Assembly: GCA_963693555.1 (NCBI GenBank) | Contig: CAVOAA010000003.1 | Span: forward strand, 1-40,394 | Length of the DNA: 40,394 nucleotides | Source of the DNA: Dehalococcoidia bacterium | Lineage (GTDB): Bacteria; Chloroflexota; Dehalococcoidia; Lucifugimonadales; UBA3495 | Direction: 5' to 3' | Part shown: positions 19,894 to 29,541 of the stretch, piece after piece | Layout: each line of letters begins with the position of its first letter | How positions within the stretch are numbered: the stretch's first letter is position 1 | Notes under the pieces: model-generated | The model's input: only the letters and a program-made list of their open reading frames with translations | Told to the model about the DNA's origin: nothing | Database searches by the model: none | Program-made: the position numbers and the translations under genes

Positions 19894-21087
19894 ATGCCAA
19901 AGCTAGAGGTCCTGAGCGAGATTCAACGCAAGAGCATGTTGATGTGGCCATGCCTGGAACACGACGACACGCCGTGGACCCCGATGGCCAAACCTTTGTC
20001 CGAAAGCAAAGTGGCCCTGGTCACCACTGCTGGCCTGCACGTGCGGGGCGACAAGCCTTTCATCGCCACGCAAGAAGGCGGAGACACTTCGTTCCGGGTG
20101 ATACCCCGCAGCGCCGGCGTCAATGACATCATCCAGAGCCACACCAGTATCGGTTTCGACCATACGGGCATCTACCGGGACCTGAACGTCACATTCCCCA
20201 TCGACCGACTACAGGAGTTGGTCGACCGGGGAAAGATCGGTTCTCTGTCAGACAACTATTATTCGTGGATGGGGGCTCTTAGAGACGTGTCGGGAATCGT
20301 GGAAGATTCCGGCCCCGAAGTCGCCCGGCGGCTCAAGGCCGAAGGCGTGGAGGTGGTGTTACTCACACCCACTTGACCCGCCTGCTCCCACGCTGTAAGC
20401 GTGATTGCGCGCATCATTGAAGAGGCCGGGATGACCACAACCGGCATCGTCCTGATCGAAGAGCATGCCCAGCGGGTGAAGCCGCCCCGGATGCTGGCCG
20501 TACCCTTCTTCTTCGGTAACGCCCTGGGCGAGCCCGACGACGCCGAATACCAGCACAAGGTATTGCAGGCCACGTTCGACCTGCTGGACCGGAACGAAGG
20601 CCCCGTGCTGGAGCGACTTCCGGAGAATATGGTCCCTGACGTTCTGAAGCAGGGCTCCGAGTTGGAAGCCACCGAGCCGGAGACACTGGACGCCGCCGAT
20701 GAACTGACGGCACTCCGGGCCTACTATGAACAATGGGTCAATGGGCATAACGGCCGGACGGCGGTGGGACTGAGCGGCGTTGCCCAGCGCAGGTTCCGTG
20801 GCGTGGTCCGGTTCCTTGAGAGCTATCTCGCCGGAGAGGACGCCGACCTGAAAGAGCGGCCCGAAGATACGTCAGTCCACCAGTACGTCCGCTATTGCGT
20901 CGACGACCTGAAGGCCTTCTACTACGAGGCCCGGATGGCGCAACGGCCCGACGGCGCCGACCGGGATATCCACGACTGGTTCTGGTCGAAGACGTCCATG
21001 GGAGCCTTGGTGATGTCCCTGGCCCAAAAGATGCGGGATGACAGCGACGATGACGCCAAAGCCGTCGCCTACGGGATCGCCAGGTAA
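19894..21087 (+). CDS. Selenoprotein of the glycine/sarcosine/betaine/D-proline reductase B (PrdB/GrdB-like) family with a C-terminal extension; Sec at UGA 20374-20376
   Basis: ORFs 19819-20376 and 20401-21087 are in the same frame and separated only by one TGA. Readthrough gives VVLLTPT-U-PAC-SHAVSVIARIIEEAG (UxxC). PrdB-like motifs PWTP..KPLSESKVALVTTAG and D.NV.FPIDRL.EL...G.IG. ATG 19894 follows GGAG. Confidence 0.88.
20389..20403 (+). promoter_or_regulatory. Putative bacterial SECIS apical hairpin
   Basis: CACGCT-GTA-AGCGTG stem-loop; the loop begins with G at 20395, 19 nt after the UGA. Confidence 0.65.
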
Positions 21088-21470
21088 TGGTTACCTATAG
21101 CTACGACCATATACACATACGCAGCCGTGAGCCATTGGAGACGGCGCGTTACTTCAACAAGATGTTCGGCGCCAAGATCATGGAGAGCGTCCAGTCTGAC
21201 GGCCAGTCCAGGGTCGACATCGACATCAACGGCCTGATCGTCTTCCTGGCACAGGCTGAGTCAGTCACTCCCGACGGGCCGGTTGACCCCTACGTGGGGC
21301 TAGACCACTTCGGTCTGCGGGTGGACAACCTGGAGACGGCCGTTGCCGACCTCAAGTCCAAGGGCGCCGAGTTTTCCATGGAGCCCAAAGACCTGCGGCC
21401 GGGTCTGCGCATCGCCTTCGTCCGCGCCCCCGGAGACGTCAGGATAGAGTTGCTGGAACGCGGCGACTAG
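21087..21470 (+). CDS. VOC (glyoxalase/bleomycin resistance/dioxygenase) family protein
   Basis: DHIHI, LDHFGLRV.NLE, IAFV.APG.VRIELLE metal-ligand pattern; TAATG overlap with the upstream stop. Confidence 0.88.
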   Translation: MVTYSYDHIHIRSREPLETARYFNKMFGAKIMESVQSDGQSRVDIDINGLIVFLAQAESVTPDGPVDPYVGLDHFGLRVDNLETAVADLKSKGAEFSMEPKDLRPGLRIAFVRAPGDVRIELLERGD

Positions 21471-21491
21471 CTTCACTGGGACCTGATATCA

Positions 21492-21522
21492 AAAAAGGCC
21501 GGCGCTATGCGCCGGCCTTTTT
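21492..21522. terminator. Bidirectional intrinsic terminator
   Basis: AAAAAGGCCGGCGC-tat-GCGCCGGCCTTTTT between convergent genes. Confidence 0.9.
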
Positions 21523-21540
21523 GCTTTCCCAGTAAGCCAA

Positions 21541-21765
21541 TTAGACGAAGCCGTCTTTACCACCGCGAGATCCTTTCATCCAGAAGTAGATGCCAGTGCC
21601 GATGGCAAACACGCCAGCCAAGATGAGTATCCAGCCGATACCCTTGATCAGCCACTCACCGACCGGAGATACCAGGACCAAGCCCAAGACGGCCACGACG
21701 CCGCCACAACCGATCCCGGCGCTCGGTCCGGCGCTTGGGCCAGATTTGCCCATTCTGAACTGCAT
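21541..21765 (-). CDS. Small hypothetical membrane protein (two TM segments)
   Basis: 74 aa with two hydrophobic stretches; starts 5 nt after the MBL gene stop and ends before a terminator. Confidence 0.65.
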   Translation of the reverse strand: MQFRMGKSGPSAGPSAGIGCGGVVAVLGLVLVSPVGEWLIKGIGWILILAGVFAIGTGIYFWMKGSRGGKDGFV

Positions 21766-21770
21766 GGGGG

Positions 21771-22604
21771 TTAGCCCTTTGCCACTGTGTAGGTGGCTTC
21801 AGATTCCTTGACCCGTCCTTCTTCGGTCAGCTTGGCCAGATGGGTGCGGACGTTCCTGGCGGCGGCATTACGAAGGTTCCGGCGCAGGTTCCGGGGGTAG
21901 ACCGCGCTCACGATATCGTCCACCGAGTCCACTCCGGAAGCCAGGGCCGCCAGCACCTGGTCCTCGCGCTCGGTGCGGTGCCGGATGTAACCGTTCACGC
22001 GGGCAGTCCCATTGTTGATGATCTGACCATGCCCGGGGCAGAGTATCTTGGGCTTGAGTCCGGCCAGCGTTTCCAGCGAAGTCATGTATTGCTTCAGGTT
22101 GCGCACGCTGGAAGATGAGTTGCCCAGGATCGTGTCCCCGCTGAACACCACCTTCCCGGCGGCCATGTAGTAGGAGACGTGGTCGTCTTCATGACCAGGG
22201 GTGAAGTAGGCGCGGAGGTTGACCCCGCCCCCGGTCTGAACAGCCTCGCGGGACCGGAGCTTCTCGACGTTGCCTTCACCCAGCCTATGGGTCAATGCCG
22301 GTTCCAACTTGGGGTGGCAACGCACGACACAGCCGAACGCTTCTTGCAGCCGGTCCAGGCCGCCGATGTGGTCGCCGTGGCCATGGGTGATCAGTATGGC
22401 GGATATGCGGGGCTTTCCCAGCTCTGAGTGAAAGTCAGCGATCTGCTTGGTCCAGGCGCGGTATGGTTCGCCCGAATCCACCATCACCATGTGGTCATTG
22501 GGGTCACCTACGAAGTAGATGTGGGTGCCGCCTGGGTGCATGGCCCCGAAACTACTGGGGTCTTCTTCGATGTGGGTGGCGTAGATATGGTCGGTGATCT
22601 GCAT
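21771..22604 (-). CDS. MBL-fold metallo-hydrolase with C-terminal winged helix (LACTB2-like)
   Basis: THGHGDHIGG, TPGH..DH, FSGD.ILG, PGHG, HR..RE.Q.L, VY.....AA..NV..HL.KL..EGRV. Confidence 0.88.
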   Translation of the reverse strand: MQITDHIYATHIEEDPSSFGAMHPGGTHIYFVGDPNDHMVMVDSGEPYRAWTKQIADFHSELGKPRISAILITHGHGDHIGGLDRLQEAFGCVVRCHPKLEPALTHRLGEGNVEKLRSREAVQTGGGVNLRAYFTPGHEDDHVSYYMAAGKVVFSGDTILGNSSSSVRNLKQYMTSLETLAGLKPKILCPGHGQIINNGTARVNGYIRHRTEREDQVLAALASGVDSVDDIVSAVYPRNLRRNLRNAAARNVRTHLAKLTEEGRVKESEATYTVAKG

Positions 22605-22739
22605 CGGCGAGTAGTCGCTCCGTCAAAATTCTGGGTTGCTCGGATGTTAGCCAACCGCCTCTGCGGCGTCAATCCCCAGGCTGTGGCTATGGTAATATCC
22701 TCTAGAATTCCCAAGGCATTCTCAAGCTAGAAGGCAACC

Positions 22740-25067
22740 ATGATCTCTGAAATGATTACCGGGCAAGACCTGAAATCGGCCATCCCCAACCTGACTGGCA
22801 CGATCAACCTCAAAGGGTTGGAGGGTACGGTCAAAGTCTTCAGGGATAAGTATGGGATACCCCGAATCAAGGCTGAATCGGAGATGGACGCCTTCTTCGC
22901 CCAGGGTTTCGTCACGGCCCAAGACCGGCTGTGGCACATGGAATATGACCGGCGGCGGGGTACCGGCCGCTGGGCTGAGGCGGTTGGCGAGCAGGGCGTG
23001 GCCGAGGACACCCTGATGCGCCGATTCAGACTGGAGGCCAGCGCCAAAGCCGATTACGCAGTGATGGACTCTCATACAAAGTCGGTGTTTGATGCCTACG
23101 CCGCCGGGGTTAACGCGTTTATCAACAGCCGCGATGCCCTGCCGGTGGAATACCGAATCACCGGACTGGAGCCCGAGCCGTGGCAACCCTGGGACGGCCT
23201 GACCGCCTACAAGGTGCGCCACATCTTCATGGGTGTTTTCGAGTCCAAGGTCTGGCGGGCTCGTTTGGTCCGCGAAATGGGCGCCGAGGCTGCGGGCAAG
23301 CTCTTCCCGGGAGTGGAACCCGGTTTTCTGATGATCCTGCCCCCTGGCTCCAAGTCTCCTGGCCCGCTGGACGAGGGACTGAAGGAATTGGCTGAAGGCG
23401 TCGCCGGTCTTAATCACCTGAGCGAGATGGACTCGGGCAGCAACAGTTGGGTCCTCCGCGGCGCTGAGACGGCCACTGGCAAGCCCATCTTGGCCGGGGA
23501 CTCACATAGGGCGTTGGACACACCAAGCTCCTACTATCAGAACCAGGTGGCCTGCCCGGAGTTCGACGTTGTTGGTCTGTCATTCCCCGGTGTGCCCGGA
23601 TTCCCACACTTCGGCCATAACGGACGCGTGTCGTGGAGCGTCACCCACACCGCCGCCGATTACCAGGACCTGTACATCGAGCGGTTCGAGAACGGCAAGT
23701 ACTTATTCAAAGACCAGTGGCTAGACGTCAAAACGCACGAGGAGACCATCAAGGTCCGTGACGGCAGCGACGTCCATAGCACGGTGACTGTCACTCAACA
23801 TGGACCGGTGATATCCGGCGACCCTGCCAAAGGCTCAGGGTTGGCTTTCAAGTACACCGCCACCGAGCAAGCGTCAACCTGGCCCAAGATCCTCTGGCAG
23901 ATGCTGCGGGCCGATAGCAGCAAGGAATTGGTAGACGGCATGGAAGGCTGGGTGGACCCGTGCAATAACCTACTGTTTGCCGACGTCCACGGAGACATGG
24001 GTTATTTCTGCCGTGGGCGCATCCCGATTCGGTCCCGGGTCAACGGTTGGCTGCCGGTGCCGGGTTGGACTGGCGAGCACGAGTGGGAGGGCGACATACC
24101 CTTCAAAGAACTCCCGGTGTCGATCAACCCACCCGAGGGTTACATCGCCACCGCCAACAACCGTCCGGTGGGCGACGATTATCCCTATTACATCGCCATC
24201 GACTACACACCCGAGTTCAGGGTCAAGCGGGTGACCCACGGCCTGAAGTCATTGGTCCGCCCCACGGCCGAGGACATGGCTCAGGTGCACGCCCAGCGGG
24301 TCTCGATCCCGGCTTTGGCTTATCAGAGCGTGCTCAAGAACGTCGAGCCTCTGAACGAAGCTAGCGGGGCCGCCAGAGCTTTGCTTTTAGACTGGAACGC
24401 GGAGATGGATGCAGGCTTGGTCCAGCCCACCATCTACAGCGCCATGCGCGATGCCTTGTTGAAAGAGGTGTTGGAGACAAACCTGACAGAGGGCCTGGCC
24501 TACGACGCCTGGCATCCGGCGGACCGGGGCTTGGGTTCGTTTACCAATAAACTCAAGGCCCGGTTGGTGGCCATGATCGACCAGGATGACACGTCTCTGC
24601 TGCCGGAGGGCGACACCTGGCCCATGGCAGTGGCGCGGGCGCTCTCCAAGGGTGTTGCCACTCTGTCAGAAAGGCTGGGAGATGATATGGGCCAGTGGCA
24701 GTGGGAGAGGGTGCATGTGGCGCGCCCCAAGCATAACCTCTCGGCAGCGTTCCCCGAGTTGGCGGAGCTGCTTGACCCGCCGGCCATCGCCACCAGCGGT
24801 GACGGCGACACCCCGCTCCAGGGCGGGTATTCTTCGGCGAACCCTGCGACCGTAACCAGCCTTTCGGTGGCACGCTACGCCTACGACCCTTCCAATTGGG
24901 ACGACTCATTGTGGGTGGTGCCGTTGGGCAGTTCCGGGCACCCCGGCAGCCACCACTACGCCGACCAGTCCGAGACTTGGCGGCAGGTCAAGATGATTCC
25001 CATGGGGTATGGCTGGGACCGGATAGAGGCTTCCTGCGAGACCGAACAGACTCTAAGCCCTGAATAG
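22740..25067 (+). CDS. Penicillin acylase family (Ntn-hydrolase, peptidase S45) protein
   Basis: RD.YGIP.I, AQGFVTAQDRLWHME, GSNSW beta-chain nucleophile, GKPILAGDSH, TANN, G.SGHP.S.HY.DQ; no signal peptide evident. Confidence 0.92.
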   Translation: MISEMITGQDLKSAIPNLTGTINLKGLEGTVKVFRDKYGIPRIKAESEMDAFFAQGFVTAQDRLWHMEYDRRRGTGRWAEAVGEQGVAEDTLMRRFRLEASAKADYAVMDSHTKSVFDAYAAGVNAFINSRDALPVEYRITGLEPEPWQPWDGLTAYKVRHIFMGVFESKVWRARLVREMGAEAAGKLFPGVEPGFLMILPPGSKSPGPLDEGLKELAEGVAGLNHLSEMDSGSNSWVLRGAETATGKPILAGDSHRALDTPSSYYQNQVACPEFDVVGLSFPGVPGFPHFGHNGRVSWSVTHTAADYQDLYIERFENGKYLFKDQWLDVKTHEETIKVRDGSDVHSTVTVTQHGPVISGDPAKGSGLAFKYTATEQASTWPKILWQMLRADSSKELVDGMEGWVDPCNNLLFADVHGDMGYFCRGRIPIRSRVNGWLPVPGWTGEHEWEGDIPFKELPVSINPPEGYIATANNRPVGDDYPYYIAIDYTPEFRVKRVTHGLKSLVRPTAEDMAQVHAQRVSIPALAYQSVLKNVEPLNEASGAARALLLDWNAEMDAGLVQPTIYSAMRDALLKEVLETNLTEGLAYDAWHPADRGLGSFTNKLKARLVAMIDQDDTSLLPEGDTWPMAVARALSKGVATLSERLGDDMGQWQWERVHVARPKHNLSAAFPELAELLDPPAIATSGDGDTPLQGGYSSANPATVTSLSVARYAYDPSNWDDSLWVVPLGSSGHPGSHHYADQSETWRQVKMIPMGYGWDRIEASCETEQTLSPE

Positions 25068-25074
25068 GGCTGGG

Positions 25075-25545
25075 TTAGGACCCAATCTCTTTGCCCAGCA
25101 GGTCCAGCGCAGCTTGGGCCGCGCCCCGCTTGCAGGCGTCGCGGTCGCCGTCTAGGTGTACCTCGATGGCGGTGTCTTCGCCGTCTTTGACCGAGAGTCC
25201 GATCCAGAAGGTACCAATGGGCAGTCCGGCCCTTCCGGCAGCAGGGCCGGTGACGCCAGTGGTAGATACGGCATAGTCAGTCCCGCAGAGTTCCCGCACC
25301 CCTCTCGCCATTCCCTTGGCCATCTCGCTGCTCACGGTGCCGTGGGTGGGAGCAACGTCTTCAGCCACACCCAGGACCTTCTCTTTCAGGCCACCGGTGT
25401 AGGCGATAACGCCACCGGGGAAATACTTGGAACTACCGGGGATGGCCCCCAGCATGTAGCCGATCAGTCCGGCGGTGTCGGCCTCGGCCACCGAGACGGT
25501 CTTTCCGCTGGCGGTGAGTATCTCTGCGATTTGTTGTGCGTCCAT
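25075..25545 (-). CDS. CinA C-terminal domain/PncC family protein with a degenerate active-site motif
   Basis: PGSSKYF.GGVIAY, K..VLGV, G.VS.E.A..MA.G, STTGVTGP, PIGT; AEADTAG in place of AESCTGG. Confidence 0.85.
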   Translation of the reverse strand: MDAQQIAEILTASGKTVSVAEADTAGLIGYMLGAIPGSSKYFPGGVIAYTGGLKEKVLGVAEDVAPTHGTVSSEMAKGMARGVRELCGTDYAVSTTGVTGPAAGRAGLPIGTFWIGLSVKDGEDTAIEVHLDGDRDACKRGAAQAALDLLGKEIGS

Positions 25546-25585
25546 CGAAATTACTCCTAATGATTTCTAGTTGTTGGTTTTGTGT

Positions 25586-26329
25586 CTAGTTTCGCGGTTT
25601 TTGCAGTAGGATGAAAAATTCGCGGTTGCCGGCGTCGCCCTGGATTGGCGACCGGCAAATGTCTCTAACCCTTAGTCCTTGTCCTACGGCCCAGTTGACT
25701 GTCTTTCCCAGCACGCTGGCGTGGACCTTGGGGTCTTTGATGACCCCGCCGCGGCCCACCTGGTTCTTTTCTGCCTCGAACTGGGGTTTGACCAGCGCAA
25801 CGATGTAATTGCCCGGTTTCAGGCGCTTGGCAGCTTCTGGGATCACCATGCTGATGGATATGAACGACACGTCCATGGTCATCACGTCAACCTGTTCGGC
25901 AATCTCGAAGGGATGACGAGCGTTGAGCTTTTCCATGACTATCACCCGGTCATCTTGGCGTAGGCGGAAGTCCATCTGGCCGTGGCCCACGTCTATCGCG
26001 TAGACCCGCTTGGCACCGCGCTGCAGCAGACAGTCGGTGAAGCCGCCGGTGGATGCGCCAACGTCCAGGGCGGTCATGCCGGTAACGTCGAGTTGGAACT
26101 GGTCGAGGGCATGCGAGAGTTTGACACCGCCACGGCTGACAAACGGCAGGCGGCCTTTGACCTCAAGTTCGACGTCCTCGGGGAGCGTGGAGCCGGCCTT
26201 CAGGACGCGGCCGGACGGAGTGTAGACCACTCCCTCCATGATCAGCGCCTGGGCCTGCTCCCGAGAGTCGGCCAAACCTCTGTCAAACAGCAGGCGGTCG
26301 GCCCTAACTTTCGCTATACGTGCTGTCAA
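25586..26329 (-). CDS. tlyA: TlyA family rRNA 2'-O-methyltransferase (S4 plus FtsJ-like)
   Basis: R.D.LL..RGL..SRE.A, FVSRGG.KL, LDVGASTGGFTDCLLQRGA, DVSFIS, LVKPQFE, SPI.G..GNREF. Confidence 0.95.
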   Translation of the reverse strand: MTARIAKVRADRLLFDRGLADSREQAQALIMEGVVYTPSGRVLKAGSTLPEDVELEVKGRLPFVSRGGVKLSHALDQFQLDVTGMTALDVGASTGGFTDCLLQRGAKRVYAIDVGHGQMDFRLRQDDRVIVMEKLNARHPFEIAEQVDVMTMDVSFISISMVIPEAAKRLKPGNYIVALVKPQFEAEKNQVGRGGVIKDPKVHASVLGKTVNWAVGQGLRVRDICRSPIQGDAGNREFFILLQKPRN

Positions 26330-26390
26330 ACGGCACCTTTAAAAATAACAGGGCTGCGGGTCAAAATGACGGAGTTACCAGTCCGGGAGA

Positions 26391-27179
26391 TCACTCGCCG
26401 ATAAACTGGGGACGCCGCTTCTCCAAGAAGGCCTTATAGCCCTCCTGGTAATCTTTGGTGTCGAACTGGGTCAAGGGCAGGTCAGCCTCTTTCTCGGTGA
26501 GGTTTTCCAGCGACGGCTTGTTCTGCACCTGGAGCATCGTTAGCTTGTTCACAGAATGGGAGAGGGGCGCCACGGACGCGATGTCCGCGGCCAGTTTGTA
26601 GGTGTACTCGCTGAGTTTATCCGCCTTGACCACCTGATTGACCAGCCCGACGCGCAGGGATTCTTGAGCGTCCAGCAGCCGTGCGGAGAGCAGGATGTAG
26701 AGTGCGTTGCCCTTGCCCACCAAATTTACCAGGCCGCGCATCTCCCGGTGGCCGATGCTGATTCCCAGCTTGGCCACGGGAATGCCCATCCGACTATCAT
26801 CGCTGGCTATGCGCAGGTCTGTGGCGATCGCCAACTCGCAACCACCACCAACCGCGAAACCCCGGATCATGGAGATCGTGGGAGTGGCCATGTCGGACAG
26901 GGTCTTAAGGGCCCCGTTCACGGCGTCGTTGTAGCCCCGGCCCTTGGTGGAATCAGAACGGTGCTTGTCGAAGTCCTGGATATCGGCCCCGGCAGAGAAA
27001 GCCTCACCTCCGGCGCCGGTGATGACCACTGCCCGGATTTCACGGTCGGCGTCCAGTTTCTGTAGCATGTCGGAAAACTGATGCCACATATCGAAGCTGA
27101 TGGCGTTACGTTGGCTGGGACGATTGAATGTGACGGTGGCAACAGGGGCTGTGGAGTCGAGAAGTATGTGGTCGTTCAA
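26391..27179 (-). CDS. Enoyl-CoA hydratase/isomerase (crotonase) family protein
   Basis: FNRP..RNAI, AFSAGADI, GFAVGGGCELAIATDLRIA, DYQEGYKAFLEKRRPQF.G. Confidence 0.92.
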   Translation of the reverse strand: MNDHILLDSTAPVATVTFNRPSQRNAISFDMWHQFSDMLQKLDADREIRAVVITGAGGEAFSAGADIQDFDKHRSDSTKGRGYNDAVNGALKTLSDMATPTISMIRGFAVGGGCELAIATDLRIASDDSRMGIPVAKLGISIGHREMRGLVNLVGKGNALYILLSARLLDAQESLRVGLVNQVVKADKLSEYTYKLAADIASVAPLSHSVNKLTMLQVQNKPSLENLTEKEADLPLTQFDTKDYQEGYKAFLEKRRPQFIGE

Positions 27180-27309
27180 GGTGTCGGTGTCCAGTAGTTT
27201 AGTTCCAATTTATAGTCGCCTGCGGGTGCTTCAGGCAGGCAAGGCCAGTATAGCCCGTAGCCCCCTGGGTGTCATTACCGGCTGTCATTACCGGGTCGGC
27301 GGGTGGCAA

Positions 27310-27346
27310 AAGAATAACGGCGGACATGATGCCCGCCGTTATTCTT
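27310..27346 (-). terminator. Intrinsic terminator after the ABC permease genes
   Basis: AAGAATAACGGCGG/CCGCCGTTATTCTT 14-bp stem followed by a T-run on the minus strand. Confidence 0.8.
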
Positions 27347-27374
27347 AACTGACTATAGTTGCTGCTGGCTTAGG

Positions 27375-28304
27375 TTAGCGGCCCCGCAGCTTGGGGTCTA
27401 GGACGTCCCGGAGTCCGTCGCCCAAGAAGTTCACGGAGAACACTACCAAGGCGATAGCGATGCCGGGGAACACTGCCAACCAAGACGTCACGTCGATGTA
27501 CTTCCGTCCCAGTTGCAGCATGCCGCCCCATGTTGCCACGTCGGGGGGAACGCCGACGCCCAAGAAGCTGAGCGCGGCCTCCACCACGATGGCGAAACCT
27601 AGTGTGATGGTGATCAGTACGATGTACGTGGCCATCACGTTGGGCAGGATGTGCTTCCAGACCACTCTACCGGCCGTTGCTCCGATAGCTCTGGCGGCCA
27701 GGGTGTAGTCCAATTCCTTGATGCTTAGTGCTTGAGACCGGATGACGCGGGTTGCTCCCGGCGTCAGGATAGCTATCAGTGCGATGATCACATTTCTGTC
27801 GGACGCGCCCAGGGCTGCCATGAGACCAAGAGCCAAAATGATGGGCGGGAACGCCATCATGGCGTCAACTAGCCGCTGGACGACAAGATCAAAGAGCCCG
27901 CCGATGTAGGCGCTGAAAATGCCGATCATCGTGCCTGCGCTGATTCCGATGAAGGTGCTTAGCAGACCCACTTTCAGAGATACCCACGTCCCGTACATCA
28001 GTCTGCTCAAAACGTCCCGGCCAAGTTGGTCGGTCCCCAATATGAGGTCCCCACCGGGGGAACCAAACTTGGTCGCCACGCCGATCTCTTCCGGGTTGTA
28101 TGGCGCCAGTCCGGCATATCGAGTCAGGAATGCGATCAGAATCATGATGGACAGAACCACACCACCAGTAAATGGTAGCGGCTTGGTCTTGGCGAAACGC
28201 AGCACGTTTCGGAACGTGGCAATATGGAACGGCGGTTTCGGCCGTATCCTTAAATTCGCCTCTAGAATGTCTACATCACTGCTTTGCGTTTGGTCCACAA
28301 ACAT
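27375..28304 (-). CDS. Peptide/nickel ABC transporter permease (DppC/OppC-like)
   Basis: LGTDQLGRDVLSRL.YG, EAA loop DY.LAARAIGA, HILPNV, EAALSFLG.G, NFLGDGLRD.LDP. Confidence 0.92.
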   Translation of the reverse strand: MFVDQTQSSDVDILEANLRIRPKPPFHIATFRNVLRFAKTKPLPFTGGVVLSIMILIAFLTRYAGLAPYNPEEIGVATKFGSPGGDLILGTDQLGRDVLSRLMYGTWVSLKVGLLSTFIGISAGTMIGIFSAYIGGLFDLVVQRLVDAMMAFPPIILALGLMAALGASDRNVIIALIAILTPGATRVIRSQALSIKELDYTLAARAIGATAGRVVWKHILPNVMATYIVLITITLGFAIVVEAALSFLGVGVPPDVATWGGMLQLGRKYIDVTSWLAVFPGIAIALVVFSVNFLGDGLRDVLDPKLRGR

Positions 28305-28354
28305 CTCTAAATCCTATTCAATACCAATCAAATGCGCCCTGGTCATCAGCTGGG

Positions 28355-29311
28355 TTAGGCGTACCTGATCCTGGGGTCGAGCCATCCGTACAGCAGGTCC
28401 ACCAGCAGGTTGATCGATACGATCGCCATGCCGATGATCACGATAGCAGCCTGTAGCAGCGGGAAGTCGCGGTGCTGAACTGCCTCGATGAGAATCCGTC
28501 CCATGCCGGGGATCAAGAAGATGGTTTCGATAACCACGGTCCCACCGAAGAGGCGGCCGAACTGCCAGCCTGAGATCGTTAGGATCGGCAGAATCGCATT
28601 CTTGAGTCCGTGCCGGAAAAGGACCACGCGCTCGGCCAAGCCCTTGGACCGGGCTGTGCGCATATAGTCTTCGCGGATGATCTCCATCATTGAAGAACGC
28701 GTTACCCTGGCGATAAAGGCCATTTCATACAGCGCCAAGGCCAAGGCTGGGAAGATCATTTGGGTGAGGTTCTTACCTGGGTCTTCCCAAATGTCCACGT
28801 AGCCCAGCGATGGTAACCAGTTGAATGCATTGAGCAGCAGCAGAATCATCAGGACCGCCACCAAGAAGTTTGGAATGGCGATACCGATAAGCGTGAATAT
28901 CCTTGCACCATAGTCCAAGGGGCTGTCTGGTCTGATGGCCGATAGAATCCCCAACGGGACGGCAATCACCACCGACATCACGATGGCCAGGAGGGCTAAC
29001 TCGACTGTGACGGGTATCCGGTCTCCCAGTTCCGTCATCACCGAAGACTTGAACCAAAGGGAGTCTCCGAAGTCGCCCTTGAGGACCCCGCCGATCCAAT
29101 CCACATACTGGATTGCTATGGGGCGGTCGGTGCCCAGCTCTGCACGAAGATTGGCCAGGTCTTGGAGACTATATTGCCCACCGCCGTCGCCCTCCAATAT
29201 GGCGAGGGCAGGGTCGCCCGGAATGACACGCATCACGATGAAGGCGATCAGGGTGACCAAAAGCACCGTGGGGATGAACAGAGCTATTCTTTTTATGGCG
29301 TATTGTCGCAT
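28355..29311 (-). CDS. Peptide/nickel ABC transporter permease (DppB/OppB-like)
   Basis: PGDPA, GDFG.S, DYMRTARSKGL, H.LKNA..P, ETIF..PGMG, LDPRIRY. Confidence 0.92.
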   Translation of the reverse strand: MRQYAIKRIALFIPTVLLVTLIAFIVMRVIPGDPALAILEGDGGGQYSLQDLANLRAELGTDRPIAIQYVDWIGGVLKGDFGDSLWFKSSVMTELGDRIPVTVELALLAIVMSVVIAVPLGILSAIRPDSPLDYGARIFTLIGIAIPNFLVAVLMILLLLNAFNWLPSLGYVDIWEDPGKNLTQMIFPALALALYEMAFIARVTRSSMMEIIREDYMRTARSKGLAERVVLFRHGLKNAILPILTISGWQFGRLFGGTVVIETIFLIPGMGRILIEAVQHRDFPLLQAAIVIIGMAIVSINLLVDLLYGWLDPRIRYA

Positions 29312-29541
29312 TGTCAGCCTGCCAGGTTTCTGAGATCACTGTCGCTTATGTTCCGGCTGATCTTCGTGACTATCCAAGACTGCCGGAACGCGCTTTTATA
29401 AGATTACGTAAATAATAACACATCGGATCACCGTCCACGCCTGGAGGTGTTCCAAACGCCTTTTGATCCGAGGTCAAAATTCCTCTTTTTGAAGGCCCGA
29501 GTGATTCTATCCTAAATCCCGATGAATCCTATCCCAAATAT

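Noticed and set aside
20374-20376. Nonsense mutation/pseudogene in the reductase-B gene
   Set aside because: The TGA falls exactly at the family's Sec position (UxxC) and is followed by a SECIS-like hairpin.
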